The notes under the pieces were generated by a model. It had not been told where the DNA came from. It saw only the letters and a list, made by a program, of their open reading frames with translations, and did not search any database. Shown here in pieces: positions 17,392-28,122 of a stretch of DNA of 64,000 nucleotides. The stretch covers positions 5,988 to 69,987 of the forward strand of contig URCK01000001.1 of assembly GCA_900546295.1 (NCBI GenBank), given 5' to 3'. Source of the DNA: an uncultured Eubacteriales bacterium. GTDB lineage: Bacteria; Bacillota; Clostridia; Oscillospirales; Oscillospiraceae. Positions within the stretch are counted from its first letter, which is position 1. Every line of letters begins with the position of its first letter. Made by a program: the position numbers and the translations under genes.

Positions 17392-18738
17392 TTAGAGCAT
17401 CTTTATCACATTGACCAAATTCTCGGCCGTCAAACGGGCGATTTGTTCCGTTTTTGCCTCAACCATCACGCGGATGAGAGCTTCCGTGCCGCTCGGACGC
17501 ACGAGAACGCGGCCCTCGCCGTTCAGCTTGCCCTCTTCGTTCGCAATGGCGTCGCGCAGCGCGTCAGACGCCATGATGCCCTCCTTCACGCCGCGCTCAT
17601 GCGAAACGGCGACGTTGAGCAGCACCTGCGGATACTGCGGGCAGACAGAGGCGAGCTCGGAGGCCTTCCTGCCGCTGCGCGCGAGCACGTCGAGGAACTG
17701 CAGCGCCGTGAGCTGACCGTCGCCGGTGGTGGCAAAGTCAGAGAAGATCGTATGGCCCGACTGCTCGCCGCCGAGCTTGTAGCCGCACTCGTTCATCTTT
17801 TCGAGCACGTTGCGGTCGCCGACGTTCGTGCAGACAAGACCCACGCCGTTTTCGCGGCAGAACTCGTGCAGACCGAGGTTCGACATGACGGTCGCAACGA
17901 TCGTGCCGCCGGAGAGCTTGCCGCGGCGCTTCATATCAGAGCCGCACACGGCGAGTACCTTGTCGCCGTCGATGACGCCGCCCTTCTCGTCGACGAGAAG
18001 GCAGCGGTCGGCATCGCCGTCGAAGGCAACGCCGATGTCGTAGCCACCCGCGACGACCTTTTGTGCAAGGTCGTCAAGATGCGTCGAGCCGCAGCGCTCG
18101 TTGATGTTCATGCCGTCCGGCTCGCGGTGGATAAAGTCGCAGAAGCAGCGGAAACGGCCGAAGAGCTCCGGCGCGGTCGCGGACGACGCGCCGTTCGAGC
18201 AGTCCACAAGCACGCGCAGGCCGGAAAGGTCACTCTCGATGGAGCCGGCAAGATGATCGATGTACGCCTCGCGCGACTGGCGCAGGCCGTGGCGCAGCAC
18301 GCCGATCTCGCCGTGCGTGGCAGCGGGATAGATGTCGGTGAGGATCTTCTCCTCCACCTGCTCTTCGATGGCGTCGGGCAGCTTGTAGCCCTTCTCGTTG
18401 AAGACCTTGATGCCGTTGTGCTCATAAGGATTGTGCGAGGCGGAGATGACGATGCCCGCGTCCGCGCCCTTGAGCACGGTGAGATACGCGACCGCCGGCG
18501 TCGGCAGCACGCCGAACGGCATCACATCGCCGCCGACGGAGCAGATACCTGCGATGAGCGCACTTTCGAGCATATCGGACGAAATGCGTGTGTCCTTGCC
18601 GATCGTGATGAGCGGCTTTCTGCCCTTTTCCTCTTTCAGAACGGCCGCGATGGCCTTGCCCGTACGGAATGCGAGATCGGCGGTCAGATTTTCACCGACA
18701 ACGCCGCGGATCCCGTCGGTACCAAACAGTTTTCCCAT
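17392..18738 (-). CDS. glmM: Phosphoglucosamine mutase
   Basis: FGTDGIRG, ISASHNP, DGDADR, GGEQSGH, VRPSGTE. Confidence 0.95.
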   Translation of the reverse strand: MGKLFGTDGIRGVVGENLTADLAFRTGKAIAAVLKEEKGRKPLITIGKDTRISSDMLESALIAGICSVGGDVMPFGVLPTPAVAYLTVLKGADAGIVISASHNPYEHNGIKVFNEKGYKLPDAIEEQVEEKILTDIYPAATHGEIGVLRHGLRQSREAYIDHLAGSIESDLSGLRVLVDCSNGASSATAPELFGRFRCFCDFIHREPDGMNINERCGSTHLDDLAQKVVAGGYDIGVAFDGDADRCLLVDEKGGVIDGDKVLAVCGSDMKRRGKLSGGTIVATVMSNLGLHEFCRENGVGLVCTNVGDRNVLEKMNECGYKLGGEQSGHTIFSDFATTGDGQLTALQFLDVLARSGRKASELASVCPQYPQVLLNVAVSHERGVKEGIMASDALRDAIANEEGKLNGEGRVLVRPSGTEALIRVMVEAKTEQIARLTAENLVNVIKML

Positions 18739-18795
18739 AATACTTGTTCCTCGTCTTAAATTTAGATTCGCAAAACTATATAAAGTAAATTACCT

Positions 18796-19851
18796 TTACA
18801 GACTAAGCTGTTCCGGCACTTCCTCCATGTTCTTCGGCACGGAGAGGCCCAGATGCTCATAGGCCTTGCGCGTGACGCAGCGGCCGCGCGGCGTGCGCTG
18901 CAAAAAACCGAGCTGCATCAAATACGGCTCGTACACATCGAGCAGCGTCACCGCTTCTTCCCCGATGGTCGCGGCCAAGGTCTCGATGCCGACCGGGCCG
19001 CCGCCGTAGTTTTCGATGATGGCGCGCAGCATCCGGTGGTCGATGGGGTCAAGGCCCAGATCGTCGATCTCGAGCGCGCGAAGCGCCTCGTCCGCAACCG
19101 CCCTCGAGATCATACCGTCCGCCTTCACATCCGCAAAGTCGCGCACGCGGCGCAGCATGCGGTTGGCGATACGCGGCGTGCCGCGCGAGCGGCGCGCGAT
19201 CTCCAGCGCGCCCGTCGGGTCAATGGCGACATTCAGGATACTCGCCGAGCGCGTGACGATTTCGGAAAGCTCCTGCGGCGTGTAAAGCTCCAGGCGCAGC
19301 GTGACGCCGAAGCGGTCGCGCAGCGGCGCGGAAAGCTGACCTGCGCGCGTGGTCGCGCCGATGAGCGTGAAGTGCGGCAGGTCGAGGCGGATGGAGTTCG
19401 CGCTCGGCCCCTTGCCGACGATGATATCGATGGCATAGTCCTCCATTGCGGGGTACAAAATTTCCTCCACGCTGCGGTTCAGACGGTGAATCTCGTCGAC
19501 AAAGAGGATGTCCCCCTCGTTCAGATTCGTCAAAAGCGCCGCAAGATCGCCCGCCTTTTCGATGGCGGGGCCGGAGGTGATACGGATGTTGACGCCCATT
19601 TCCTGGGCAATGATGCCCGCAAGCGTCGTTTTTCCGAGGCCCGGCGGGCCGTGCAGCAGCACATGGTCGAGCGACTCGCCGCGCTTTTTCGCTGCCGCGA
19701 TAAAGACGGCGAGGTTGCCCTTCACCTTTTCCTGTCCGATGTATTCCCGGAGCGTTTTCGGGCGCAGCGAACCCTCCTGCGCGTCCTCGCTCAGGAAGGT
19801 CTTCGCCACGATCGGCTCTTCGTAAATATCGGTTCCGAAATCAATGCTCAA
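18796..19851 (-). CDS. ruvB: Holliday junction branch migration helicase RuvB
   Basis: [19 protein letters not shown]. Confidence 0.97.
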   Translation of the reverse strand: MSIDFGTDIYEEPIVAKTFLSEDAQEGSLRPKTLREYIGQEKVKGNLAVFIAAAKKRGESLDHVLLHGPPGLGKTTLAGIIAQEMGVNIRITSGPAIEKAGDLAALLTNLNEGDILFVDEIHRLNRSVEEILYPAMEDYAIDIIVGKGPSANSIRLDLPHFTLIGATTRAGQLSAPLRDRFGVTLRLELYTPQELSEIVTRSASILNVAIDPTGALEIARRSRGTPRIANRMLRRVRDFADVKADGMISRAVADEALRALEIDDLGLDPIDHRMLRAIIENYGGGPVGIETLAATIGEEAVTLLDVYEPYLMQLGFLQRTPRGRCVTRKAYEHLGLSVPKNMEEVPEQLSL

Positions 19852-19888
19852 GCGCTCACGCTCCTTTTTGTGCTCTGCGAAGGAATAA

Positions 19889-20047
19889 TCAGTACCTGAT
19901 CACAAAATAAATCACATATAGCCAGCTCAAAAGGCCGTGTACAATTGCCCAGCCAATGCTGTGCCATGTCGTATAGGAGATGACCATTGCAAGACAGGTT
20001 CCAAAGGTGATGCCTTTTTTGGCGGCTTCTTTTGTATTCTCGTTCAT
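19889..20047 (-). CDS. 52-aa small membrane protein between ruvA and ruvB (not in the ORF track)
   Basis: [60 protein letters not shown]. Confidence 0.8.
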   Translation of the reverse strand: MNENTKEAAKKGITFGTCLAMVISYTTWHSIGWAIVHGLLSWLYVIYFVIRY

Positions 20048-20059
20048 TTATCGTTTCTC

Positions 20060-20656
20060 CTATTTCACCATTTTTTTGAGGCTCTGGCGCACGATCTCTT
20101 CGAGCGGCAGGTTCTCCGCGTCGATCCCCTTCATCGCCACTGCGATATCCTGCTGCGTGTAGCCGAGCACCGCGAGCGCAGCGGCAGCTTCGGCCGCCTT
20201 GTTCTTCTCGCCGGCCACAATGCCTGGGGCAGCGGGCATGCCGATCTCCTGCTGCTCCTTGGCAAGCTTGTCCTTGAGTTCGAGAATAATGCGCTGGGCG
20301 ATCTTCTTGCCGACGCCCGGCGCGGCGATGAGCGCTTTCTCATCGCCTGTGATAACGGCCATCGCCAGTCCCTGCGGCGTGCAGACCGAAAGGATCGCAA
20401 GCGCCGCCTTCGGCCCAACGCCCGAAACGCCGATGAGCTGCTTGAAGCTCCCGAGCTCACCCTGCGTTGCAAAGCCGTAGAGGTCAAAAATGCCCTCCGC
20501 AACGTGCAAATAGGTGTAAAGCTTTCCCGCTTTACCCACTTGAAGCTGTGAGATCGTCGTGCTGGTGGTCTTGCAGGCATAGCCCACGCCGCCGCAGTCG
20601 ATCACGGCAAGGTACGGCTCCACATGGGCGACCGTACCGCTGACATAATAAAACAT
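20060..20656 (-). CDS. ruvA: Holliday junction DNA-binding protein RuvA
   Basis: GVGY, LYGF, VSGVGPK, PGVGKKIAQRIILELKDK. Confidence 0.97.
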   Translation of the reverse strand: MFYYVSGTVAHVEPYLAVIDCGGVGYACKTTSTTISQLQVGKAGKLYTYLHVAEGIFDLYGFATQGELGSFKQLIGVSGVGPKAALAILSVCTPQGLAMAVITGDEKALIAAPGVGKKIAQRIILELKDKLAKEQQEIGMPAAPGIVAGEKNKAAEAAAALAVLGYTQQDIAVAMKGIDAENLPLEEIVRQSLKKMVK

Positions 20657-20676
20657 AAGCTGTCCCTCTCTCCTGC

Positions 20677-21192
20677 TCAGACGGTCTGCTTAACGTCGCC
20701 GCCGCTGACGCGGCTCAAAAGCGACGTGGTGCTGCGCGCATGGCAGATGGCGATGGCCAGCGCGTCGGCCGCGTCGTCGGGCCGCGGCACAGCCCTGAGC
20801 TTGAGTAACCTTTTGACCATGTCCATGACCTGTCTTTTTTCGGCGAGGCCATAGCCCACGACCGCCTGCTTGACCTGCATGGGCGTGTATTCATAGAGCG
20901 GCACGCCGCTCTTTTCCGCAGTGCACAGAATAATGCCGCGGCCGTGCGCCACGGCGATACCGGTGGTGATGTTGTTTGAAAAGAAGAGTTCTTCAACGGC
21001 GATGGCGTCGGGCTTGAGCTGCGCGATGAGCTCGTCCATGTCCTGCTCGATCTGCACAAGGCGGTGCGCCAGCGGCAGCCCGGCGGGCGTGGTGATCGCG
21101 CCGTAATTGAGGAGCCTCGTCTGCCCGCGGTCGGCTTCAATCAGCCCGAAGCCGACGATGGCGATGCCCGGGTCGATGCCGAGTATCCGCAT
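20677..21192 (-). CDS. ruvC: Crossover junction endodeoxyribonuclease RuvC
   Basis: RILGIDPG, EYTPMQVK, DDAADALAIA; RBS GGAGGTG. Confidence 0.95.
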   Translation of the reverse strand: MRILGIDPGIAIVGFGLIEADRGQTRLLNYGAITTPAGLPLAHRLVQIEQDMDELIAQLKPDAIAVEELFFSNNITTGIAVAHGRGIILCTAEKSGVPLYEYTPMQVKQAVVGYGLAEKRQVMDMVKRLLKLRAVPRPDDAADALAIAICHARSTTSLLSRVSGGDVKQTV

Positions 21193-21309
21193 GCGCATCA
21201 CCTCCCACGATACTGATTTTGAAATTATATCAAACATTTGTCCGAAATGCAACGGGTAAGGCCGTCAAAAAGGGCCGCTCCCCTGCGGAAGCGGCCCTTC
21301 GTATTTCAT

Positions 21310-22194
21310 TTATGCCCGCGGATGCGCCTTTTGATAGACGTCCTTGAGGTGCTTTTTCACAACGTGCGTGTAGATCTGCGTGGAGGAAATGTCCGCATGA
21401 CCGAGCATCTCCTGAATGGAGCGCAGGTCCGCGCCGTTTTCCAGCAGGTGCACAGCAAAGGAATGGCGCAGCGTGTGCGGCGTGATGTCCTTGGAGATGC
21501 CGGCGGTCTCCTGATAGTGCTTGACGATCTTCCAGAAGCCCTGACGGCTCATGCGTTCGCCGTTCATGTTGACAAACAGCGCCTCTTCCTCGGGATCGGC
21601 CAGAAGCTGCGGGCGAACCTCCCGGATGTAGTGCGCGAGCGCCTTGACTGCGGCGGGATAGAGCGGGATGATGCGCTCTTTGCCTTTGCTCTGCGCGCGG
21701 ATGAAGCTCGCGCTGAGGTTGACATCGTCCTCGTTGAGGGAAATGAGCTCGGAAACACGGATGCCCGTGGCGTACAGCAGCTCGAGCATCGCGTGGTCGC
21801 GATAGCCCTTGGCGTCCACGCACTGGGGCTGGTCGAGGAAGAGCTCGACCTCTTTGCCCGTGAGGATCTCGGGGAATTTATGCTCCACCTTCACCGCCGC
21901 GACGCCCTTGGCCGGGTTGACGTCCACTTCGCCGCAGAGCTGAAGGTAGGTATAAAACGACTTGATCGACGCAATGGAGCGCGTGATCGTGGCGGCGGAC
22001 TTGCCCTTGCCGCCCATCCAAGCAACGTAAGCGCTGATGACCTCCTGCGTCACCTGCGGCAGTGGCATGGGGCTGAACTCGGTAAGATACGCCTCGAACT
22101 GGTGCAGATCGCGCATATAGGAGCTGAGCGTATTCTGGGAGGCGTGCTTTTCCAGCGCAAGGTAGTCTTCATAATGCTTGAGTTCATCTGCCAT
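21310..22194 (-). CDS. xerD: Site-specific tyrosine recombinase XerD
   Basis: LYATGIRVSEL, HTLRHSFA, LGHADISSTQIY; follows spoIIM as in other Firmicutes. Confidence 0.9.
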   Translation of the reverse strand: MADELKHYEDYLALEKHASQNTLSSYMRDLHQFEAYLTEFSPMPLPQVTQEVISAYVAWMGGKGKSAATITRSIASIKSFYTYLQLCGEVDVNPAKGVAAVKVEHKFPEILTGKEVELFLDQPQCVDAKGYRDHAMLELLYATGIRVSELISLNEDDVNLSASFIRAQSKGKERIIPLYPAAVKALAHYIREVRPQLLADPEEEALFVNMNGERMSRQGFWKIVKHYQETAGISKDITPHTLRHSFAVHLLENGADLRSIQEMLGHADISSTQIYTHVVKKHLKDVYQKAHPRA

Positions 22195-22221
22195 GGACGC
22201 ACTCCCCCCTTTCTTTTGATA

Positions 22222-22854
22222 TCAACGCGCCGCCAGCAGCAGAAACTGCGGCACAAGCCACAGCTCTATCAGCGCTGCAAGCAGCAAACACACACAACAA
22301 GCGCCGAAGCGATACCAGTACGCGCCGCCGTAGGTGACCGCGCGTGCGCGCTTTCCCCCGCCGCCCAGTGAAAGAAGCAGCAGCTCTCTTGACTTTTCCA
22401 TCGCCGCCGCGCCAAGCGCGAGCGTACATGGCAGCAGCGCGAGAAGACGCAGCGCAAAGAGCGCCAGCAGCAGCGGGAAATTTTCCCGCCCGAGTGCAAG
22501 GGAAAAGCTGAAGAGCGAAAACGAGAGCAGAAAGCCCTGCAATGCGCACACCGCCGGGATCACCGCCACACCGATGGAGGCAAAGCCCAGCAGAAAAACG
22601 ATCACCGGCGCGCGGAAATAGCACACCAGCGTCTCACACAGCGCCCGCACAGAGAAGGACTCCCGCGCGCCGAGGGAGAAATAGGCAGTAAAATACCGCG
22701 CCAGTTCTCCGCCCGCTCGCTGCGAAGAGCGCAGTGCGAGCACATAACCGAATATCACACCAAACACAACAAAAGCCGCCAGAGCCGCGAGCGGCAGCGA
22801 CACGCGATGCATGAGCGCGCCGCGGCGCACGCTTTGTCTCGCCCGACCGATCAA
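22222..22854 (-). CDS. spoIIM: Stage II sporulation protein M-like membrane protein
   Basis: Multi-TM protein ending ...LAALIE..; upstream of xerD; TTG start after AAGGGGTG (start uncertain). Confidence 0.7.
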   Translation of the reverse strand: MIGRARQSVRRGALMHRVSLPLAALAAFVVFGVIFGYVLALRSSQRAGGELARYFTAYFSLGARESFSVRALCETLVCYFRAPVIVFLLGFASIGVAVIPAVCALQGFLLSFSLFSFSLALGRENFPLLLALFALRLLALLPCTLALGAAAMEKSRELLLLSLGGGGKRARAVTYGGAYWYRFGACCVCLLLAALIELWLVPQFLLLAAR

Positions 22855-22998
22855 GCAGATCACCCCTTTGGTAAAACGCTGAGGCAATGCTTCTTGCAGG
22901 GCCGACGAGCGGCGGACCGTACCTATAAATATAGGACTTTTGCAGCCGTTGCGCAAGCGGAATTGCCTATTTTTTCCAATTTTGTTCATTATGTAGAA

Positions 22999-23026
22999 AT
23001 GTTATGTAAAGTATATTATGTTAACC
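22999..23026 (+). other. dif-like Xer binding site
   Basis: ATGTTATGTAA-AGTATA-TTATGTTAACC; the right arm matches the XerD arm consensus. Confidence 0.5.
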
Positions 23027-23240
23027 ATAGCAACAAATGAGTAACTTTCTTACTTTTTAACTAGATATGGTGCGCTTTTCACGCACCTTCCCCACATTTG
23101 GCAAATCAAGCTGCATCCACCACCGTCGTCGGAAAAAGTCGCTTTTTTAAGCGCTCCGTCCTCCATTTGTGCAAACCGCCGCACATTCTGCATTCCTCCT
23201 CCCCCACCGGCAGGCACGGGAGCGGTGATATCATTTATGT

Positions 23241-23663
23241 TCACCTGCGTCTGCGGCGCGCACGCACCGTCTTTTTCTGTCTTTTCTTCTTTCTCCCACC
23301 ATGCAGCATCAGTGACACCGCTGCACCAGTGAGCATCACCGCAGCCATCAGCAGCGAACGCTTCGGCTCCAGTCCGCCGCCGATCGCGAAGCCAAGCGCC
23401 TGCACCGCAAGCCATGAAGCCGCCGCGCAGGCAAGCGTCATCGCCGCGCGCTTGCTCGTCTTTCTGCTCCCCACGCTGCACCCGGCAAAGGCCGCGATCG
23501 CCGCAGAAACAAGCGTCGCCGCGCCGATTTTTTCCTCGCCGATCGCGCCGCCAAGCATCAGTGCCGCCATCAGCGCCAGCAGCGCAAATTCGACTGCACA
23601 GCATACGAACGTGCCCAGCGCGCATTTTTTCACATACCAAGCCGTTGATACCGTCTGTTCCAC
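23241..23663 (-). CDS. TIGR04086-like 4-TM membrane protein
   Basis: Four hydrophobic segments and a basic tail; downstream of yajC; sigE-like GCATAA-N15-CATACGCT upstream. Confidence 0.6.
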   Translation of the reverse strand: MEQTVSTAWYVKKCALGTFVCCAVEFALLALMAALMLGGAIGEEKIGAATLVSAAIAAFAGCSVGSRKTSKRAAMTLACAAASWLAVQALGFAIGGGLEPKRSLLMAAVMLTGAAVSLMLHGGRKKKRQKKTVRARRRRR

Positions 23664-23739
23664 AGAAAAAACCTCCCCCGCATTCGCCTACATGAGCGTA
23701 TGCCAGGGGAGGTTTGCTTATGCCGTTTTCTTTTTTGCC

Positions 23740-24141
23740 TTACTTGATCTCAGGATCGTAGGAGGACTTGTTTTCCTTCTCAACAGGAGCTTCCACGACC
23801 TTGGGCTGCTCCGCCTCGACAGCAGGAGCTTCTTCCTTCTTCTCTTCGTCCTTCTTGGACTTCTTGCCGCCCTTCTGCGCGGCAGCCTCCATCGACTCCG
23901 TGGACTGGATGCCCCACTTTGCGATCTCGACGCGGACGCGGTCCTCAGAGGTCTCGAAGACGACCGTCGTGTCGTTCACCTGAACGATGCGGCCGACCAT
24001 ACCGCCGATGGTGGTGATGCGCTCGCCCTTCTTGAGGCTGTTGCGCATCGTTTCCGCCTGCTTCTTGCGCTTGTTTTCCGGACGAATGATGATGAAGTAA
24101 AACACCGCGATCATTGCGACCAGTAAGATCATGCTATCCAT
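23740..24141 (-). CDS. yajC: Preprotein translocase subunit YajC with charged C-terminal extension
   Basis: FYFIIIRPENKR, GERITTIGGMVG; queA-tgt-yajC order. Confidence 0.92.
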   Translation of the reverse strand: MDSMILLVAMIAVFYFIIIRPENKRKKQAETMRNSLKKGERITTIGGMVGRIVQVNDTTVVFETSEDRVRVEIAKWGIQSTESMEAAAQKGGKKSKKDEEKKEEAPAVEAEQPKVVEAPVEKENKSSYDPEIK

Positions 24142-24222
24142 AGTACAGTTGTTCCTTTCAACACAAAGATATTGTTATTATAGCGGATATTCCCCCATTG
24201 TGCAAGGGGTTTCTTCCCAAGA

Positions 24223-25356
24223 TCAGACTCTTTCCGAAAGCTTTGCGCTGTACGCCTCGCGGAAGGCCTCAAATTCGCCCGCGTCGAGCGCGTCACGGAT
24301 GCGCTGCGCCAGCTTATTGTAGAAATAGAGGTTGTGCATCACCGCAAGGCGCAGCGCAAGAATCTCTTCTGCCTTGAAGAGGTGGCGCAGATACGCGCGC
24401 GAGAAATTGCGGCACACCGGGCAGTCGCACTGCTCGTCGATGGGACGCTCATCAAGCTTGTACTTCTCGTTTTTCAAATTGATCGACCCGCTCCAGGTAA
24501 AGAGCTTTCCGTGGCGCGCGTTGCGCGCAGGCATCACGCAGTCGAAAAAGTCCACGCCGCGTGCCACGCCCTCAATGATGTTCGACGGCGTGCCGACGCC
24601 CATGAGATAGCGCGGCTTATCCTTCGGCATAAAGGGCTCGACCGCATCGATGATGTCGTACATCACCTGCGTCGGCTCGCCGACCGCAAGACCGCCGATG
24701 GCATAGCCGTCGCAGTCGAGCTTTGCGATCTCCTTCATGTGCCAGACGCGAAGATCCGCGAACGTTGCGCCCTGATTGATGCCGAAGAGCATCTGCTGCG
24801 GGTTCACAGTATCCGGCAAGGCATTCAGCCTGTCATGCTCGGCCTTGCAGCGCTCCAGCCATCGCAGCGTGCGCTCGCAGGAGTTTTTCGCATACTCATA
24901 GGTCGCGGGATTTTCCACGCACTCGTCGAACGCCATCGCTATGTCGCTGCCGAGATTCGACTGGATGCGCATACTCTCCTCCGGTCCCATGAAAATGCGG
25001 CGCCCGTCGAGATGAGAGGCAAAGGTCACGCCCTCTTCCTTGATCTTGCGAAGCCCCGCAAGGGAAAACACCTGAAATCCGCCGCTGTCGGTCAGGATGG
25101 GGCCGTCCCAGCGCATGAACTTATGGAGGCCGCCCATCTGCCGCACCACATCGTCGCCGGGGCGAAGGTGCAGGTGGTAGGTGTTGGAAAGCTCGATCTG
25201 GCAGCCGAGCTCCTTTAGGTCAAAGGCGCTCACGCCGCCCTTGATGGCCGCCTGCGTGCCGACGTTCATGAAAACAGGCGTCTGCACCTCCCCGCCGTGC
25301 GCGCACTTGAATTTGCCGCGCCGCGCGCGGCCTTCATATTTGATGACTTGAAACAT
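24223..25356 (-). CDS. tgt: tRNA-guanine transglycosylase
   Basis: TPVFMNVGT, TDSGGFQ, PRYLMGVG, CDCPVC. Confidence 0.97.
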   Translation of the reverse strand: MFQVIKYEGRARRGKFKCAHGGEVQTPVFMNVGTQAAIKGGVSAFDLKELGCQIELSNTYHLHLRPGDDVVRQMGGLHKFMRWDGPILTDSGGFQVFSLAGLRKIKEEGVTFASHLDGRRIFMGPEESMRIQSNLGSDIAMAFDECVENPATYEYAKNSCERTLRWLERCKAEHDRLNALPDTVNPQQMLFGINQGATFADLRVWHMKEIAKLDCDGYAIGGLAVGEPTQVMYDIIDAVEPFMPKDKPRYLMGVGTPSNIIEGVARGVDFFDCVMPARNARHGKLFTWSGSINLKNEKYKLDERPIDEQCDCPVCRNFSRAYLRHLFKAEEILALRLAVMHNLYFYNKLAQRIRDALDAGEFEAFREAYSAKLSERV

Positions 25357-25372
25357 ACTCTATCCTCAACCC

Positions 25373-26398
25373 TCAAGAAATAAACATCGCATCGCCAAAC
25401 GAGAAGAAACGATAGCGCTCCTTCACCGCTTCCTCGTAGGCGTGCAGTACATGCTCGCGTCCCGCAAGCGCCGAAACGAGCATGATGAGCGTAGACTGCG
25501 GCAGGTGGAAATTCGTGATAAGCGCATCCATCACCTTGAAGCGGTAGCCGGGATAGATGTAGATATTCGTCCAGCCCGCGCTCGGCTCCATGTGCCCATC
25601 CTCCTGCGCCCAGCTCTCAAGCGTGCGGCAGGAGGTGGTGCCGACGCAGATCACGCGCCCGCCGTTTTTCTTTGTCTCGTTGATGAGCGCCGCCGTCTCC
25701 GGCGGGATGACGCAGTATTCGCTGTGCATATCATGCTGCTCGATGTCGTCTTCCTTGACGGGACGGAACGTGCCGAGGCCGACGTGCAGCGTCACATAGC
25801 CGATGTTCACACCCTGCTTCTGAATCTTTTCCAGCAGCTCCGGCGTGAAGTGCAGCCCCGCCGTCGGCGCGGCCGCGCTGCCCTCGACCTTGGAGTAGAC
25901 CGTCTGGTAGCGTTCCTGATCGGCAAGCTCTTCTTTGATGTAGGGCGGCAGCGGCATCTTGCCGAGGCGCTCGAGCACCTCAAGAAAAATACCTTCGTAG
26001 TCGAATTTCACCATGCGGTTGCCGTCAGGCAGCACGTCCGTGACTTCCGCCGTGAGCTCGCCGCCGCCAAACTGCATCTTCGCACCCTTGCGCAGGTGCT
26101 TGCCGGGACGCACGATGCACTCCCAGGTCTTCTCCCCCCGGTCAATGAGCAGCAGCACCTCGCATGCACCGCCGCCCGGCAGGCGCTGGCCTAAAAGGCG
26201 CGCAGGCAGTACGCGGGAGTTGTTCAGAATCAGGCAGTCGCCCGGCTTCAAAAACTCCGGCAGCTCGTAGAAATGCTGGTGCGAGATCGCGCCCGTCTCT
26301 TTATCGAGGCACATCAGGCGCGATTCATCGCGCTTTTCCAGCGGTGTCTGTGCGATCAGCTCCTCCGGGAGCTCGTAATCAAAATCTTTGGTCTTCAT
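25373..26398 (-). CDS. queA: SAM:tRNA ribosyltransferase-isomerase
   Basis: [40 protein letters not shown]. Confidence 0.97.
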   Translation of the reverse strand: MKTKDFDYELPEELIAQTPLEKRDESRLMCLDKETGAISHQHFYELPEFLKPGDCLILNNSRVLPARLLGQRLPGGGACEVLLLIDRGEKTWECIVRPGKHLRKGAKMQFGGGELTAEVTDVLPDGNRMVKFDYEGIFLEVLERLGKMPLPPYIKEELADQERYQTVYSKVEGSAAAPTAGLHFTPELLEKIQKQGVNIGYVTLHVGLGTFRPVKEDDIEQHDMHSEYCVIPPETAALINETKKNGGRVICVGTTSCRTLESWAQEDGHMEPSAGWTNIYIYPGYRFKVMDALITNFHLPQSTLIMLVSALAGREHVLHAYEEAVKERYRFFSFGDAMFIS

Positions 26399-26412
26399 TG
26401 TTCTCTTTCCCG

Positions 26413-27978
26413 TTACGCGATCGTAACGCCCGTATAATAGAATTGCAGGATATCCCGATAGCTGCGGCCGAGGTTTGCCATCGCGTATGCGCCCCACTGG
26501 CTCATGCCGACGTTGTGTCCGTAACCGCTGCCGGTGATCGTAAAGCTGCCGCTCGCCGCGCCGCCCGTCGAGGTGCTCTGCCCCAGCGCCGCCGTGCCGC
26601 TCGCGGTGATGGCATAGGCGCTGCCAGCGATGCTCGTCGTGCCGCCACTGCCATCAACAACGCACATTGAGCCAAGATCAACGCTCTCGCCGCTCTCGTT
26701 GACACTGTAGCCGCCGCTCGTGCCGCCACCGATCGTAAAGCGCTGGCTGCGCAGATTCAGCAGCGTCCGGCACGCTTCGCGCGAAACAGTCTTCGTCCCG
26801 TTCGTGCCGACAAAGGTGACGGAATAGACATTGCCCATGTCGGTAAAGGCGGAAACATAGACGTTTTTCACCGTGCCGACGCCATAGCCCTTACTGCCGA
26901 GAAGATTCGTCAGTTCAGAAGCCGTGTAGGTCGTCGACCAGTTGTACTTTGAAATGTGCGAGGCGATCTGCCCCTCGTAGGGGTCGATCCTGCCCTTGAG
27001 GTAAGGAACCTCCTTGCCCCAGACGTTCAGGCTATCTTCGCTCGCGCCGCCGTTGCTCGAATAGTAGACCGCGTCCTGCACGATCTGCCCGCCATAGTAG
27101 AGGCACTGCCCCGCCGTCTGATCGACCGCGGAGTCGGAGTAGGCGTTGCTCGCCGCCGTGCCCTGATAGACCTGACAGTGCGTTGCGGCGCAGATATCAA
27201 AGCCCTGCGAGCGGTGCTTCGTCTGGCAGGCGGCATAGGTGCGCGCGCAGACCGCCTGCGCCTTGAGCGCCTCAAGCGGCCAGTCCTTGCTCATTTCCCA
27301 AGGAATGACGCACTTGACATAGTCCTCCATGTTCACGACGTTGACGACGTTGATCGCGCCGCCCGTCACGCGCTGGTATTCAAAGCCACCGTAGTAGCGG
27401 TAGCCGCGAAACCACGTGACCGTCTTCTGCCCTGCCTCGATGGGGCGGATGCCCAGCGAATAAAGGCCGCTCTGGTCGAACTCAAAGAGGATGGCGCCCG
27501 ACTCCGTGGCAATGACCGTCACCCCTGTGCTGCTGCCGCCGGCGACCGTGCCGCCCGCACCGAACGAGTAGAGCGCGCCCTGCGCGCTGCCGTAGTCGCC
27601 GTAATTGCCCACGCGGACCACGAACGCACCGTTGTCGTAGGATACAAAGCCGCCGTACTGCGCCGCGCGCGCCGAGGCGAGCGCATAGTCGTAAAACGTC
27701 TCTGCAAGCTGGATGTGATAGCTCTGATCCCGTATCACGGAGATCTTCTCATAGCTCGCAGGCAGCGCCGCAAGCTGCACAAAATTGCAGGAGCCGTCGT
27801 AATATCCCAGCGCATAGCCGCCAAAGGGCGAGTAATTCTGTAGTCTCGCCTCGTCCATGGCCTCATTGCCGTATTTTAGCCCCACCCTGAGCATATCATG
27901 TTCTGCGGCCTGTGCGCCCGCACACATCGCGCTGCACAACAGCAGCGAAAGGAGAAACGTCCTGCACCATTTTCTCAT
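26413..27978 (-). CDS. SpoIID/LytB domain exported protein
   Basis: Signal peptide; [32 protein letters not shown]. Confidence 0.9.
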   Translation of the reverse strand: MRKWCRTFLLSLLLCSAMCAGAQAAEHDMLRVGLKYGNEAMDEARLQNYSPFGGYALGYYDGSCNFVQLAALPASYEKISVIRDQSYHIQLAETFYDYALASARAAQYGGFVSYDNGAFVVRVGNYGDYGSAQGALYSFGAGGTVAGGSSTGVTVIATESGAILFEFDQSGLYSLGIRPIEAGQKTVTWFRGYRYYGGFEYQRVTGGAINVVNVVNMEDYVKCVIPWEMSKDWPLEALKAQAVCARTYAACQTKHRSQGFDICAATHCQVYQGTAASNAYSDSAVDQTAGQCLYYGGQIVQDAVYYSSNGGASEDSLNVWGKEVPYLKGRIDPYEGQIASHISKYNWSTTYTASELTNLLGSKGYGVGTVKNVYVSAFTDMGNVYSVTFVGTNGTKTVSREACRTLLNLRSQRFTIGGGTSGGYSVNESGESVDLGSMCVVDGSGGTTSIAGSAYAITASGTAALGQSTSTGGAASGSFTITGSGYGHNVGMSQWGAYAMANLGRSYRDILQFYYTGVTIA

Positions 27979-28122
27979 AGCATCCTCCCCGGAAGACCGG
28001 CATCCATACGAATCGTATTTTACATTATACGACAGTTCTCTTTCACTTTCAAGCACGTCCGCACATCTTTTCAGCCGCCGATGTACAAGCGGCGGCTCAT
28101 TTCAAAAAAGGAGCGATGAACC

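Noticed and set aside
21310..22194. Tyrosine recombinase as a prophage or ICE integrase
   Set aside because: Size, motifs and spoIIM context fit housekeeping XerD; no phage or conjugation genes nearby.
27980..28122. Lysine riboswitch upstream of dapA
   Set aside because: The gap is short, shared with a divergent gene, and shows no L-box motifs.
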